Notes: generated by a model from the sequence alone, not told the origin. 64,000 nucleotides of DNA from Curvularia clavata (GCA_023920165.1 CP089275.1:4898001-4962000), one strand, 5' to 3'; counted from the first letter of the stretch, positions 13,398 to 26,755 are shown. Numbers and translations are program-made.

Positions 13398-13653
13398 AAG
13401 TACATAATGAATAGATGATCCATGATGCAGGACTTGCTTGAAGCTTCCGTCCGCCATCAATAGCGTTGTTCTCCAAATTTTACCTATTTCGTACCTAGCG
13501 CGGGGTATAACTCCACTTCCAGGCGTCTCAATACGCACAAGCACCGAATCTTCGCAGACATCACGTCATTGGAACGCTTAGATTTCTCTGCCGTGTCTTT
13601 CACGCAAACAGGCGTACATCATTATCACATCTCTTCGCCATCCTACGCTAGCC

Positions 13654-14557
13654 ATGTCGTCCAAGCCCCAAGTTGTCCTGGTCGTCGGCGGGACCTCCGG
13701 AATCGGCTATGCAATAACACAAGCCATTCTTTCGGGCCCATATCTCCCGCTTAACACCAAAGTGGTAGCTTTTGGCCTCATAGACTCGAGCATAAAACTC
13801 GAGTTTACCAAGCAGCAAAGAGAGCGGCTGCGCATTGTCGAGGGCGATGTCACCGTGGCTGAGGACCGCGAGTTGGCACTGCGGACATGTTTCAATGTGT
13901 TTGGGGGGCTGGACACACTGGTTTACTGCGCGGGCATCATTACGCCGATTCAGAGACTGGAGAAGTTGGATGTCGAGGCTGTAAAGAGGAGTTTTGATGT
14001 TAATGTTTTTGGGGCCATGAGTATGGTATGCTTCATCCCTTGGCATCGGTTTTGTGGTCAATCACTGGCATGTATAACTAGTTTGTACTGAAAGGATTTA
14101 ATAGGTTCAGCTCGTTCTACCACATCTTCGTGCCTCCAGGGCATCTCACCCACATAACTATGGCCGTGGAAAAGTTATTATTCTTTCCTCTGCTTGCGAT
14201 AGCACAGTGTCGTATCACGGCTGGATGCCGTACAGCACGACTAAAGCTGCACTCACGCGCTTCATTTCTTGTCTCGCGCATGAAGAGCCCCTTCTCAGCG
14301 TCCAGGGTGTCTATCCAAGATTGACGCGTACCAAAATGATTGACGGGCTGGTCGAAGGCAAGTACAGAGGTGTAATGGCAGACCATGAGATCGAGAGGTT
14401 CAGGATCTGGGATGACATGGGTGACGAGATGGTGGAGCCACCGGAGCTATGTGGTGATGCGGTCGCGAAGCTAGCGCTTGGACTGTTTGAGGGTGGTAAG
14501 AGTGGAGAAACTTTGTATTACTATGAGCATGTTCCGAGCAAGATTGCTGGAACTTGA
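13654..14557 (+). CDS. Short-chain dehydrogenase/reductase (SDR)
   Basis: VGGTSGIG cofactor motif, GLDTLVYCAG, FDVNVFG, catalytic YSTTK (YxxxK). One intron at 14026-14104 joins in frame. Confidence 0.88.
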
Positions 14558-15506
14558 GTCATTTGAAACCGTAGGATTATGTTTTGATATTTGGATATAA
14601 AAGGTGAGATATGACAGAGAGCGAATGGCAATGTAAAGATTAAACTGAACTCATGCAGATAATAAGAGCGAGTGAATATAAGACAACCTGCTCACTATGA
14701 AAGTAGAACATCAGCACTAGTAATGGAAATCGATATTCAGGAAATCCACGAAAAAAGTCATTTTTCGAACCCCAACGTCTGTTTCGTTTCTTCTAGGCGT
14801 AGGGTTCCCATGAGCTTATCGTTTCAGTCTAAGATAGCAAATGGGTGACGGTTGGGTCCGAGTGCTACATCAACTCACGCGGTCCCTTGTCTAGCCATTC
14901 CTGAGCATGAAGCGTATAACCAAACCAAACACCTGTGTATCCAAACTGTACTTCTACTCGCCCAACGCATCCCGCTGGAGCTGGCTGTGATTTGATTTAG
15001 TGTGAAGGAATGTCAATGCTGAAGGCATGGGATCAAGTGGTGCACATGAGAGAATAATGTTGTCGAGCATTGAACGGAAGATGGGTGTGGAGACGGTTTG
15101 CTGAAATTCACTGGCGACCCAGCTAGTTTCTAAGCACGATTTTTCTTGACTCAAGCAGCTTCGTTATCCCGGTATCTGTGGGTTTAGGTAGGGGGTCTTG
15201 GGCTTAGGGAAAAAGATGGGAAGTAGAGTTCACGATATTGTAGTAAGAGGAAGAAGAATATAGGATTTTGAACAAGGTCGTGCTGTTGTAAACAAGATAT
15301 CAAAATACAGCGAAAGTGTCATGAGAAATAATTATCAAAAAAATGTGAATCAGGAGGAGTACAATACAGCCATCATTCCGACGCGAGTTCTTCACGCAGC
15401 CAGTATCATCATCATAACTTTGAAGAGGAAAAAGTCCCACAGGGCCATAGAAGATATTCAATATACTCTCTACCTAAGAAAACGGACCGAAAAAAGCGAA
15501 ACAGAC

Positions 15507-17601
15507 CTAGACCTTCTCCTTCTCATCCCCCACAATATGAACCTCAAGCGGCTCAACCGTAATCTGGTCTGTCGAAAAGGTCCTCGACCTTCTAAACACA
15601 GCCTCCTGCAAAGACTCATACACACGAGTCCCCTTCTTCTCTCTGTCATTAACATCATTCACATCACGCAGGCTCCACCCAAAGCGTGCGAAGCGCTCAC
15701 GAACACGTCCGTTAAGGCCCACCAACCTCAATTGCGTATTCTTACCGCCAAAAGCTTCGATATCGGCCTTGAGATCCTTGAGTGCTGTGAGGCCTGTGGT
15801 GTCGATGTTATGCATAGCATGCATGTCGAGGACTACAGTGCGGATCTGAACTGGCTCATCTATGATGTCTGCTTTAGAGCGCAGACGAGCGGCGCGGTCT
15901 TTGCCAGCAACGCTCCAGTTGCGATTTGCGTGGGCCGCCTCTAGTGTTTCGACATCACCAGAGTTGAAAGTCTGGATGGTATCAAGGCACTGGTTCTTGA
16001 TGTGGTATGCGTTGAAGAAGAGCATCGATTGGTGGATGCTGAAGACCTGGGTGTCAAGAGGTACCGCGTGCGTACCTGCGAAATGGGTGTTGGACTCTAC
16101 AGAGATGGACGTGACGCGTCGCACGCGATGGAAGGCCATGAAGAGTAGGTGGTATGCAATGTTGAAGCCAACCGCCGTGCCGATGCCGACTTCAGATGAG
16201 ACGAAGAGTGTGAGCCAGAAAGCCAGCATGGAGGTAATGAAGTCGACCAATGATGTGCGCCAATAGCCATAGAAAACTCTGACTGGGACCACGATGTGCC
16301 ACACTGCTGTAACGATGATGGCTGCCAGTGTAGCCTTTGGAATCCAATACAATGCCGGTGAGAGTTTGAAGATGCTCAAGACGACCACGCCACCAGCAAC
16401 AAGACCGTAGGCAGGTGACTTGACCCCTGACTCCGAGTTGACGGCCGTTCGCGACATGGCGCCTCCAACAGCCATCGATGAAAAGAAGGAGTTGAAAAAG
16501 TTGGTGAAGCCAAGGTAAACGAGCTCTTGAGCGGCATCAGTGACATAACCGTTCTTCCGGCCGAATGCCTTAGCAATGGCAAGGTGTTCAAGCGCCGCGG
16601 CTACAAAAGGTGCAATGGAACGAGCAAATACTTTGCTAATGAGTGCCGAGTCGGGCATGCGAGGCTTTGCAATGCCGTTAGACTTGACCTTGCTAAGCGC
16701 CCAGACAGGATCGTCCTTTTCGAGGTCAATGTCCTTGTTAACACCGTAGGAGATGCCTGCGAAAAGGATAAGAACGACGGCACTGCGACCCAGTGCCAGG
16801 AGCCAGATGGCTTTGTTCTTCTTTCCCCATCGCTGACCCATCTTCTGCATGAGATAGAGCAGCAACAAACCTCCAAGACCAATCCCACAGGTCGGGCCGT
16901 CATATTGGGGTATTTTGGCGAAGAGGTCGTGTATGATGTTGGCTGTACCGGAGCCTACTGTGATACCGAAAAGGGACGGGATTTGACCAAGCATAATGAC
17001 GATGGCTGCTGCTGAGATGAAGCCACTCAAGACTGGTACAGATATGAACTCGAGCAGGAACCCCAGCTTGAGCAAACCGAGTGCGAGGGCGTAGATTCCA
17101 ACTGACATGGCGACGGCGGAAGCAATGGCTTGGGGTGAGTATCCGTCTTTCGAGACGTCTGCAATGATCTCTGCTGTCAAGAGGCCCATGAGCGACGTGG
17201 GACCAGTAGAGAGATCTGGAGTACCTATCAGTACATGATATTCCGAATAGTAAGAGTAGTTTACCTTTCGAAGTTCCCATGACGAGGTACAGAAAGTTGG
17301 GTAGCCAACTCGACATAAGGCCATACTGCCCTGGAATCGTGGCAATCTTTGCATATGCTAATGACTGAGGAATAAGCAGTACACCAACTGTGATTCCAGC
17401 TAGTGTGTCGTTAAGCAGCCATCTTGGGTTGTATTTCGGGAGCCACTGAATAATTGGGGCCTTCTGGAGCAGGTATTGTCCAGCAACGGAAGGAGCTGCA
17501 CGGATAGCCTTTTCGCCATAACGAATAGTACGGTGAATGGTGGTGTCGGTAGCTATGGCCTCGCGGCTCTGCTGGGCTTTCTTCCTGAAATATTCCATCA
17601 T
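15507..17601 (-). CDS. SulP/SLC26 sulfate (anion) permease with C-terminal STAS domain
   Basis: DTLAGITVGVLLIPQSLAYAKIA and GTSKDLSTGPT (joined across intron 17216-17264), AMSRTAVNSESGVKSP, STAS-like VVLDM..IDTTGL. Confidence 0.92.
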
Positions 17602-20536
17602 AGAAGATCTGTATGAAGAAGAAAAATAGACAATTCTAGGACAAGTAGCAGCCAGGCAAAGCAAGGCAGTCTATGGGGATAGTACTGCGCATCTATAAGA
17701 ATAAATATACACCAAAAGGTATTGGAATCCAGAGAGAGGGGTTATTGAACAGGCGGGAGCCTCATGCAGCGCGACCAGGGCGTTAGATGCTAGCTTGGAA
17801 TACGCACCTACAGGATCACAGGCCAGTACACCTGTTTCGGAGCTGACGCGCATATAAACGAACCGGCAATGTTTAGGCAGGTTACCATGTGAAGGCACTT
17901 CCAATCATCCCAGTCCGAGTCCCGCTATATCCAATGGGGAAGGGAACTACAAGTCACTTACACAATGATACGCCGGAGTGCTGACCTTCCATCTTAAGGA
18001 AATGGGGCGATAGCCGTATTCCACGCTGGCAACCGTCTGTACGCAGCCCGATAAACGTTAGATAGGCCGATGAACGCCCGGGTTTCTAGCTCTAGACCAG
18101 TGGTGATATGTTTCTGCGGCTTCTTGGAATCGTCTTGTTGCTGAACCTCGACAATAGCTACAACAAGGCTCGGTGCACGTTTTCCACTTGTTGAAACCGG
18201 TTCGTCACCCATGTCGTGTTGGCCGCGCAACATAGGGTTGCCAGCCCTGAGTAGGTGAGTGGAGACGTTTCCAAGGTATCCATTCAGGTCCTCTCTGCAA
18301 GGTCACCACAAACGATGCAAAGTGATCATGCCGCTTGGTGTGACAAGGGCTTCGGCAGAAGCGCCGATGACGCTTGTGTAGCTGCAGACGTTTCTAAGCG
18401 GTTTCGACTTAATCCTGGGTTGCATGCCGCGCTTCGCCGCAATATTCCCTTCACGAGTCTATTGACTTTGCTACCTTTGACTGACTGACGATCGGTAATG
18501 GCAAACTCGGATCATGATTCTATTTTGTTCAGCGTCCTCAAACCCCTCTTTCGAACGACGAAGCATGGGGAAACGGGATTACCCCGCAGTACAAAACAGC
18601 ACTGAACTAGCTTCCGTCAGCCACGCGGGCCATGCCTTGTTGAAGCTCTGGACTAGCGCATCGAATTAAGCTTTCGGACAAGCTCCACGAATGGGGTGGC
18701 CAAGCATCCTTGTCGAGTATCTCCCAGGTGCTGTAGGTGTGCAGCAGGGGATCACAGTCTAAACCAAGCATCCACGACGTGTGATTGAATCAAACGACAG
18801 TGGCCAAGACCGGCAATTGAGTCGGTGCTAATCGTGACCTGACAAGCGGTCATAGTCGTGCAGTTTGCTCATGTTTCAGGGATTTCGATGATGGTATTTT
18901 AATAATGGAATTCGACGCCGACCCTAAACCAGTGGCATCATAATACTTGAGGACTTTCTTGAATGCGAACATGAGGGCCATGGCCGTCTAGATGACGACG
19001 CGTGACTGGCGCCACAGCAACCCGCTTTCATAGCGCGGATTACAGAGCAGTCGCCACATTCGTGGCATGAGGATGGAGGGGCCAATGGAGAGGGGCTACG
19101 CGCTCAGCCAAGAACTTCAAGGCTGCAGCTGTCATCCCTCGGCGTTATGTACTTACCCAATGTGCCGAAAGCCGACATGTCAACCCAGGGCTGTGAGACT
19201 GGCGTGGATAATGACAGCCTGGTATTACAGCATACATGGGGCACAATAGCAACCACATATTTCATCAGTGTGGTGTAAAGGATGTCAAGGACGACTGACG
19301 GATAGTGCGTACGGACGCGCCGAGCGGGATGGAGTTAGCGAGTACAATACATGCATGCGAGGTGACTTGGGGGTTGTTGACCAATGAATAGCTCCAACAG
19401 GAGCCAGCCAGATGTATTCCGCTTAGCGGATTGGGAAGGTAGCCACCAAAGTAGGGAACCTGGCCAGTGTTTTGATGGTGTACAGAGTGGGACATGATGA
19501 TAACAGTGAGTTTGGTAGCCTGATCGTAGATGTGTTGAGTAGAGAGTTGTAAAATTGCTGTTGGGCGAAGTCTGTATGGTAACATAGCAGGTCAGATACC
19601 AAAACTGGTGTTCTCTTTCCCCATCTCTTTCGTTTTAGCCCAGACACCGTTCTATGTGAGAGAAGACAAGTTGCACGGTTGACACCTAGTGTGGTGATGA
19701 CTGAGTTGCAATCTGTAAGTCGATTAGAGAGGGTTAGAGTTAGTGGTTAGCACCAACACATTCGGGCAGGATTTTGGGTGTGGGTGAATTGATTAAATCG
19801 CATAGAGATGCAGGTTGAGCGACGACGGTCACATCTCGATTTTCGCAAATATCACGGAAATCATGACGTTCTACGAGTTACTCCCTCCAATAACGGTGAT
19901 ATATCGGAAATCCGGGGGAAGACCAGCAGACTGTCTCAAACATGTTCCTTGGCGATGCAAAGCGAGTGTTGGCAAGGGCGTTCTAGATGTGTAGCGAAGA
20001 AGAGGGGGTGTTCAGCCCGTCAAGGGGGCTTGGACCGATGACACGCTCGTCCACATGTTCGATTGGATAGCAAGAGGGTATGAATTTCCAGGCGCGTAGA
20101 GAAGACATGATAGGAAAGTGGTGTCTGTGTCGTTGCCAAGATGTAGTGGAGCAGAGTGTTCTGCAAATCGCGTTCTCTACGAAGCCATCCTGTATACTGT
20201 GAGTTCCGCGTGGTTGGCTTGCGCCCCTTATGCCGCTATGACCAAAGGCGGTAATCGTCGACACGAAACATGCGAGATGAATTCCTAGGGCGTTGGAAGA
20301 GATGGCGACAGGACGCGAGGAGAAGTGCGATGGTGATGGTGACGGTTCAAGTAACGACGATGTTGAAGAGCGGCGAGTGAAGAGCGGCGAAGAGCGGCGG
20401 AAACAAGCTTGCAAGCTCCGCGACGGCGCCAATGCCAAGACGAAATTTATTATCGATAGCGACGTCTACGAAAGCCACGACCTAGAGACGGCCAATAGGC
20501 CGCATTAATTGCCCATATACCAGAGCTTTTGGCGAC

Positions 20537-23099
20537 ATGGCGCGCAAGAAGAAGAGTGCACAGTCCGACGCGGTGACCAACGGTAGCGCCTCGGTGACGC
20601 CGCCGCCCGGTACTGGTGCTGGAGGCGCAGGCTCAGGGAAGAAGGCGGGCACCGAAGTCTCGACGTCTGCGCTCATCATCTGTCGCAACAAGTGAGTCTG
20701 GGGCGGGTACTTGCCGTCTTGCTGTCCTTGTCGAGAAGAGCATGCCCTAATAGACCTGCTATAGGCATTGGCGCTATATATCTTCGTTCCATGGTCCCTG
20801 GCTGCAACTCCCGCCAGAAGTCCTCGAGTCGCTCGCCCACAGCAATTATCTCTCCCCTCGCCCACACCCCATTGATCCCGCCGTCTTCTATGACCTTGTC
20901 AAGATCCGCAAGGCCGTCGACGAAGCGACCAACCTGGCAGTGCGCGCCACATCGGGCCTGACCTCGGCCGCCCTCAGCAACAGTCTCAATGGGGGCAACA
21001 GCCTGCTGGGCGGTGCAGCCGCGCTGGGGATAGGCTATGGGGGAGGGGGGACATCGAAGCTGAGTAGAGAACGGAAACATCGCATGAGGGAGCTGGCGAC
21101 ACATAAACTCAGCCAGGCCTATCATCTCGACGAGATAGCGGCCAGTGTTGCGACCATGCAGAGCGCGAGCACACTCGAGGACGTGGCGCACCTTGTGCTG
21201 CAGCGGGAGCCGACAAATTTGGATGCCAAGTACGTCCATTTCTTCCATGAGAAGATCCCCAGTCGAATGATGGCGCAGTGTACACCCTTGGACACACTCA
21301 ACGACATCATCGCCGAACGTCCCAACGACGGCAGTCCGCTGCGCACGCGCGCGCTGACAAGGATATTCAAGGAGGACTATGTGAACTCGGCCAAGGATCT
21401 GAGCGAGGCGTTGAGCACGGCGCGATACATGATGGCGCAGCATAGAGCAGGAAAGGACCAGTTGGTATTGGCAAAGACGCTGCAAGAGCAGCACGGCAGG
21501 GATTGGAGGCAAGAAGTCAAGATACCCGAAGAAGACCAACCCAATTCACTCGAGACCCAATTACTTTTTCATCGCGCCGGTGTCTACTTCACCATAGCAT
21601 GCAGTCATGTACACGCAGCCCTGGATGGTCTCCAGGAAGCCGAGGAGGCAAAGGCGCGAAGAGACGCCATGATTGCTGAGGGCAAAGACCCAGACCCCAT
21701 GACACCAGAAGAAGCCCATGCACACCATCTCCGCCTCGAAGCTCGCAAGCAAGTCCGTCAGAATGCCAAACGCGCTCTCCGCGACTACCTCGCCTTCCTA
21801 TCACATTTCGACTATACCCCCGGCATCTCTGCAGAAGTAGCCGAGGAATTCTTACGAAGACTAGATCACTCAGCGAACGGTAGCATCAACGGCTATGGCA
21901 ACGACAAGATCAAACCAAACATGAACCGCATGATCGAGCAAACCAACGGCACCGCATCATCGCCCATCTCGGAAGCCCTCGTCCCACATCGTGGTTCTAC
22001 AAGGTCAGCCTCAGACCGAGCCTCGTGGCCCAAATTACCACCACCAGAAATCTTCAAAGTATCACAACTCTTCGACGCCGCCCCACCAGCTTCACTTCCA
22101 CCATATCCAGCACCCAAACCCCAATCAGCAGCGGAATCTGCTGCGTCTGCTGCAGCAACCGCCTTTGCTGACAGTCACGAAAGCATAACCTACCACCCTC
22201 TCATCACGGATGCTCTACACTCTCTCCTCCTCTGCCACGCGCTCATCCAGACTCCACCAAAAGAACATCTCCGGCACGCCCATAACGCCGCCCGCCTCGC
22301 CCGCGTCTGTGATGGATATCCCATCTTCCTCGCCGCTCGGTCCCCCGCCCGCGCCGACTGGATCGAAGTACTACGCCGAGCAGGAAATTGGATCGGACTC
22401 TCCACCTCCTGGGAGAATCTATGTCGACCCGCTCCTCTCCCCGGCCACCAATCCAGCAGCAGCCACACCAACAGCCCGAAGAACGGGCCCATGACACCAG
22501 ATGCCTACGGCAAATCCAGTAGCAGCAGCGCCACCACAGAAACCCCCGCCCAACGCCGCGAACGCCAAAAACACGAAGCCATTCTCGAAGCCCTCGCAGA
22601 CGAACGAGTCGTAGACGAAGAATCCTTCCAGCGCGCTGTCCGCGCCCGCGAGCGGAGAAATCGCGAGGACGAAGAGGAGGAAGTCAAGCGTCAGCAACAA
22701 CAACGAGCCCAGAAAAAAACCAATCCCGATACTACTGACTGTGAAGACACATACCCTGTCCCCCCTTCTTCCTCCTCATCCTCTTCTTCTTCTTCACCCG
22801 CCCCCACTGCTTCTGCAACACCTCCACCTCCACCGCCGCCGCAGCCACAGCTGCCTAAACGCTGGGCCCAAGACGACGGCAGAGAATACCCAATCTCGAC
22901 TGAGCGCGCAGAGGCAATAAGTCGGTGGGTGCGAGATGCCCCGCCTGTCAGTGAGTCGAGTAGTGCGTCTGGGAGCAGTAGTGGGAAGAAGAAGCGGGCG
23001 AAAGGGAAGGGCAAGAAAAGTGGACTGAGGACTGGATTGTCTAGTTTGGGGGAGAGCGTGGAGGCGTTGAGTGTGAGGGAGGAGGAGGAAGTCGAGTAA
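20537..23099 (+). CDS. Conserved fungal protein of unknown function, helical/TPR-like core with low-complexity C-terminus
   Basis: Exon 1 MARKKK...SALIICRN and intron 20692-20764 lead into KHWRYISSFHGPWLQLPPEVLE, in frame with the long ORF 20940-23099. The family is recognised only loosely. Confidence 0.8.
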
Positions 23100-23479
23100 A
23101 TGGGTTTAATTCATTGACAAGATTCTTGGTTCTGGGATGAGTTGTGGTGGATGCAATGAAGGCGTGGCTATCAACACGTCGGTTGTTCCCATGACCAACT
23201 ATTGGGAGATGGATAGTTCATTGATCGCTTGGATAATAAGCTTTGAGCCGAGTGTTGATGGTATCGAAAATATGGTCGTTGTGATGACCACTCTTCATGT
23301 TATCCTTGTGTCTAGTAATGTCTTCACCGTGAAGTGCATAGCCCAAGGTTTTTACATAATAATACATTTTTCTACAGTTGCCAATTGGCGAAAAAAAAAC
23401 AGCTACAGAATGGAGTGTCTGGCAGTTTCTACTGTACAAAAATGAGCATGAATGACCATTCCTTTCTCTTTCCCACACG

Positions 23480-23535
23480 AACTTTTTTTTTGGCTTTTTT
23501 TCTTTCCGCTTTTTTTTTCGCTTTTTGGCTTTTGT
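23480..23535. repeat. T-rich low-complexity tract between convergent genes
   Basis: Runs of T interrupted by GGC/CGC/C; an A9 run nearby at about 23391. Confidence 0.6.
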
Positions 23536-23752
23536 CCTTCTCGAAATTTCAAGTCCCGCTATTAATATATACGTAAACCAGTCGCCAGTTGACAGCAATT
23601 ACTCAAGAGTGGAGAGATTCTCATAATCTGGTACAAGTTGCTAGGGCAAACACCTCTTTCTTGCCTACCGTATTCCACCTCGTTCGTTTTGTCAGAAGCT
23701 CAACCGTATCTTAGCTTCGCCATGTCTCCGCTTCCACTTTGAAAGGTCTCAG

Positions 23753-25708
23753 TTAGCCATAAGGGTCCGATTCCCACGCGCGCTCACTGCAACCAATGGT
23801 CATGTGTTCCCATCCCAATTCGTCCATAGGTTGACAGTCGACCTCGTCAACAATCTTCTTCCAGACCTTTTCGGCATGCTCGGCTGACATGGGGCCATCA
23901 ACCCACTGATACTGTAGGTCGTCCTCGGTGAAAGTAATGGCTTCCTTAAGGTCGGCTGCATCGGGCTCGTCATGGGGATTTTCGTCTATGTCGTGCTGAT
24001 GGAGCAATCTTCGCAAGTTCAACATATTAGCTGCAAGCCAATACGCGCGGTGAAAACGTTTCTCAGTCGCTTTGGACATATCAAAGTCCCACCTGTTCTT
24101 CAAGACAAAGTCAGCACTTGATTCTATGAATCTAGGTATCCAAGGTGTAATCGTTGTCCAGAGGAGTTCATCATGTTTATGCGCAAAGCGGCCGTAGACA
24201 GCAAAGCTGGTTGTACTTGGAGATGGTGTGTTCCATGTGAACGGATCTGCAGCGTTGTGGAGAACCAGAACAGAGAACCTGTTGCCTCCTTGGATGAATC
24301 CTTGAGAGGTATGACGGTGCCACTTGTACTTAGATGACAGTATGTTCTTCTCGAACCAGTCCTCCATGTAAGCGTGAACAAAGTCAAACTTAGTGTCTGG
24401 GCGAAGCTCGTACAGCTTGACCGGCCACTTGTAGTTCTCATACTTGGAAGTGATAGGCTGGGGAATATCTTCTCTGCGCACAGGCTCGGCCGTCAAAGGC
24501 TGAGCTGATGATTGCAGCTCCCTGTGTTGTGGCAGTCGTGATATCCCCGCTGGCAGCGGTCCAGATGCATGTTCGTGGTGCGATGAATCATGCATTCCAG
24601 CTTGGTGTCCATAGCTTGGAGACGAGGGATGAAGCTCGTTCGATTCATGCTCATTCTGTGTGAGGCCATAGTTGGGAATTTGAAGAGTATCGTGGGGGGA
24701 CTGCAGGGGAAGGTGTGAGATCGAATGGTGATCAGACGTTGCTGCGTGGGGATACTGACTATGGTATTGCGTGCCATCTTCAGGACCAGTGCGAAGACTC
24801 GGCGTAGACTGACGGAGAGACGGAGGTAGAGTAGGAGGTGGTTGTGAGTCACTGACAGCTGCTTTGCGCTTCCCAGAGGTCGAAGGCACTGTTGAAGGCG
24901 CAGGCTGTGTATTGCGATATTGCTGCACCATGGCCTCAGTCAGGTGCTCATCTGCAGGCTGCTGGGCTCGTTCCTGTGCTTCTCTCGACTTTTGTTCTCG
25001 TTTCTTCTTTGCGGGCGTGTTTGACAGGTTCGAAGTCGGCCACTCTTGAACAGGTGGAGAAACTTGGGCAGGCGGTGGCTGAAAGTGCAGTTGCCCACGA
25101 GGCGACTGCAACATGTTTGCAGATGGAGGGCAACGGCTTCGTATCTCGAGAGGTCGCGATGAGATATTTTGCAAGTTGGCGTAGGCTTGCCAGCCTTGTT
25201 GAGGTGCTTGTGGGCTTTCACTTTCATGGGCTTGTTGGACTGGATAAGACACTTGCGGACTGCCATAGACGTATGGGTTTCCCACTGCTCCGTATCGTAC
25301 CTGCGGACTGCCATGAAAGAATTGGGGCCCTGGTGCTCCATAGGATACTGGCGAAGGTACCGATAGTGCTTGATGCATGCGCGCTGTCTGCATCTGAGGT
25401 GTCTGAACAGCTCCTGCAAGGGCAGCCTGCTGAGCGCGCCAAGGGTCAAAGTTGAGCATATCATAACCAGGATCTTGAGCAGGTAGAACTGTAGGGGGGC
25501 CGCCAGGAATCAGCCGATAGGTAGGAGTAGGATGATAATGGGGGATGAAGCCATGAGTCTGAGCGTCTGGGTCAGGTGGTCGAGGAACAGGGAAGTTGGC
25601 GCCTGCCGTGTTCGTCGTGTGGGGAGGTGCCTGGGCTTCACTGTCTGAGTCGTCAGCCGGAATTCGCTCATTCTGGGTAGTGCGACCGCCAGAACGCGAA
25701 GGAGCCAT
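23753..25708 (-). CDS. Hypothetical protein: Pro/Gln-rich disordered N-terminus and an aromatic-rich globular C-terminal domain
   Basis: Intronless 651-aa ORF, AACATGG start context. No recognisable family motif. Confidence 0.75.
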   Translation of the reverse strand: MAPSRSGGRTTQNERIPADDSDSEAQAPPHTTNTAGANFPVPRPPDPDAQTHGFIPHYHPTPTYRLIPGGPPTVLPAQDPGYDMLNFDPWRAQQAALAGAVQTPQMQTARMHQALSVPSPVSYGAPGPQFFHGSPQVRYGAVGNPYVYGSPQVSYPVQQAHESESPQAPQQGWQAYANLQNISSRPLEIRSRCPPSANMLQSPRGQLHFQPPPAQVSPPVQEWPTSNLSNTPAKKKREQKSREAQERAQQPADEHLTEAMVQQYRNTQPAPSTVPSTSGKRKAAVSDSQPPPTLPPSLRQSTPSLRTGPEDGTQYHSQYPHAATSDHHSISHLPLQSPHDTLQIPNYGLTQNEHESNELHPSSPSYGHQAGMHDSSHHEHASGPLPAGISRLPQHRELQSSAQPLTAEPVRREDIPQPITSKYENYKWPVKLYELRPDTKFDFVHAYMEDWFEKNILSSKYKWHRHTSQGFIQGGNRFSVLVLHNAADPFTWNTPSPSTTSFAVYGRFAHKHDELLWTTITPWIPRFIESSADFVLKNRWDFDMSKATEKRFHRAYWLAANMLNLRRLLHQHDIDENPHDEPDAADLKEAITFTEDDLQYQWVDGPMSAEHAEKVWKKIVDEVDCQPMDELGWEHMTIGCSERAWESDPYG

Positions 25709-26755
25709 GTTGTGTTGAGGTTGCGGTGTTTGAGCAGCTGGGTGGGGTTTGGTGACTATTTATGCCCAATGTGTAGCGAAGTGAATGTGGCAAGAAAGGC
25801 ACAAAAGGTCGAAGTGAGAGCATATGGGTATTGTTTACACCCCTCTCACATGGAGGCACAGCCAATAAGGCAACCGCTACGAGGCATTTGTTGGAACCGG
25901 AAATTGCTGTCGAGCGTTTGTGGGTGCAAACAGCCCGTAGGCCACGAGACTGTGACATAGATGCTCGAGTGCTATCGATCTCTGCCAACGGTGATAGTTA
26001 TTAGGCAGGTCCTCTTGCAAGTTGAAGCACTATTCGGTGTAGCGCTCTCACACGCAGCTGTATCTACATTAGTTCTGAATACTTTCCGAGGAGGGGAAAG
26101 ACCGTACTATTGTTCTTGGCCTATTGATTAGCATTAGGCAGCTAGGCACGGCGTGTACTGTATTGTCGTCTGGCCGTGGAATATCGTCAACAGTTGAGTG
26201 AGTGAAATGTGTCACGTGAGCTAACTATGTCCGCTTAGTCATCTTTTTGATTGATTTACTCAAACCGTATGAAAGCACTCCAATATCCTCACCGAATACC
26301 GTGACGTTTAATCAAAATGCATAGTAATGGCTCATGTTTATCACCCCATAGAAAGGGTCCATATCTTCATTCGATCAATGTACGTATATACCATTTCCGT
26401 TACTTCATATTCCTCGCATCTCAAGGCATACATACGCATACGTATACTTCATTAAGCGGGTTCAACGCCCCTCTTCTTCGTCATCTGGCGTAAAGAGAAA
26501 AAAAAACCATAACTCATCGCTATCGCAGCATGATAAAAGCTCGCGCGCTGGAAACGCCATAAAAACGCCAAGTGCTAAAGGTTTGATGCAGGCGAACCTG
26601 AAGAACCCCCTCCTTCTTTTCAAAAGACGAAGCCTGCCAACATTGTTGATAAAAAGACATGTCTAGTAGCGGGCTAGACGGCGAAAAGGAAATGAAATCA
26701 CATGACTCTGTACAATACAAGTAACATTGCTGGGCGCCTGAACAAGACGGTGTGA

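Noticed and set aside
18925..19020. CYS-3/MetR-like sites upstream of the sulfate permease
   Set aside because: Only imperfect matches to ATGRYRYCAT, more than 1.3 kb from the start codon.
19725..19752. Telomere-like GGTTAG/GTTAG units (similar ones near 15180-15210)
   Set aside because: Only 2-3 degenerate units; not an interstitial telomere array.
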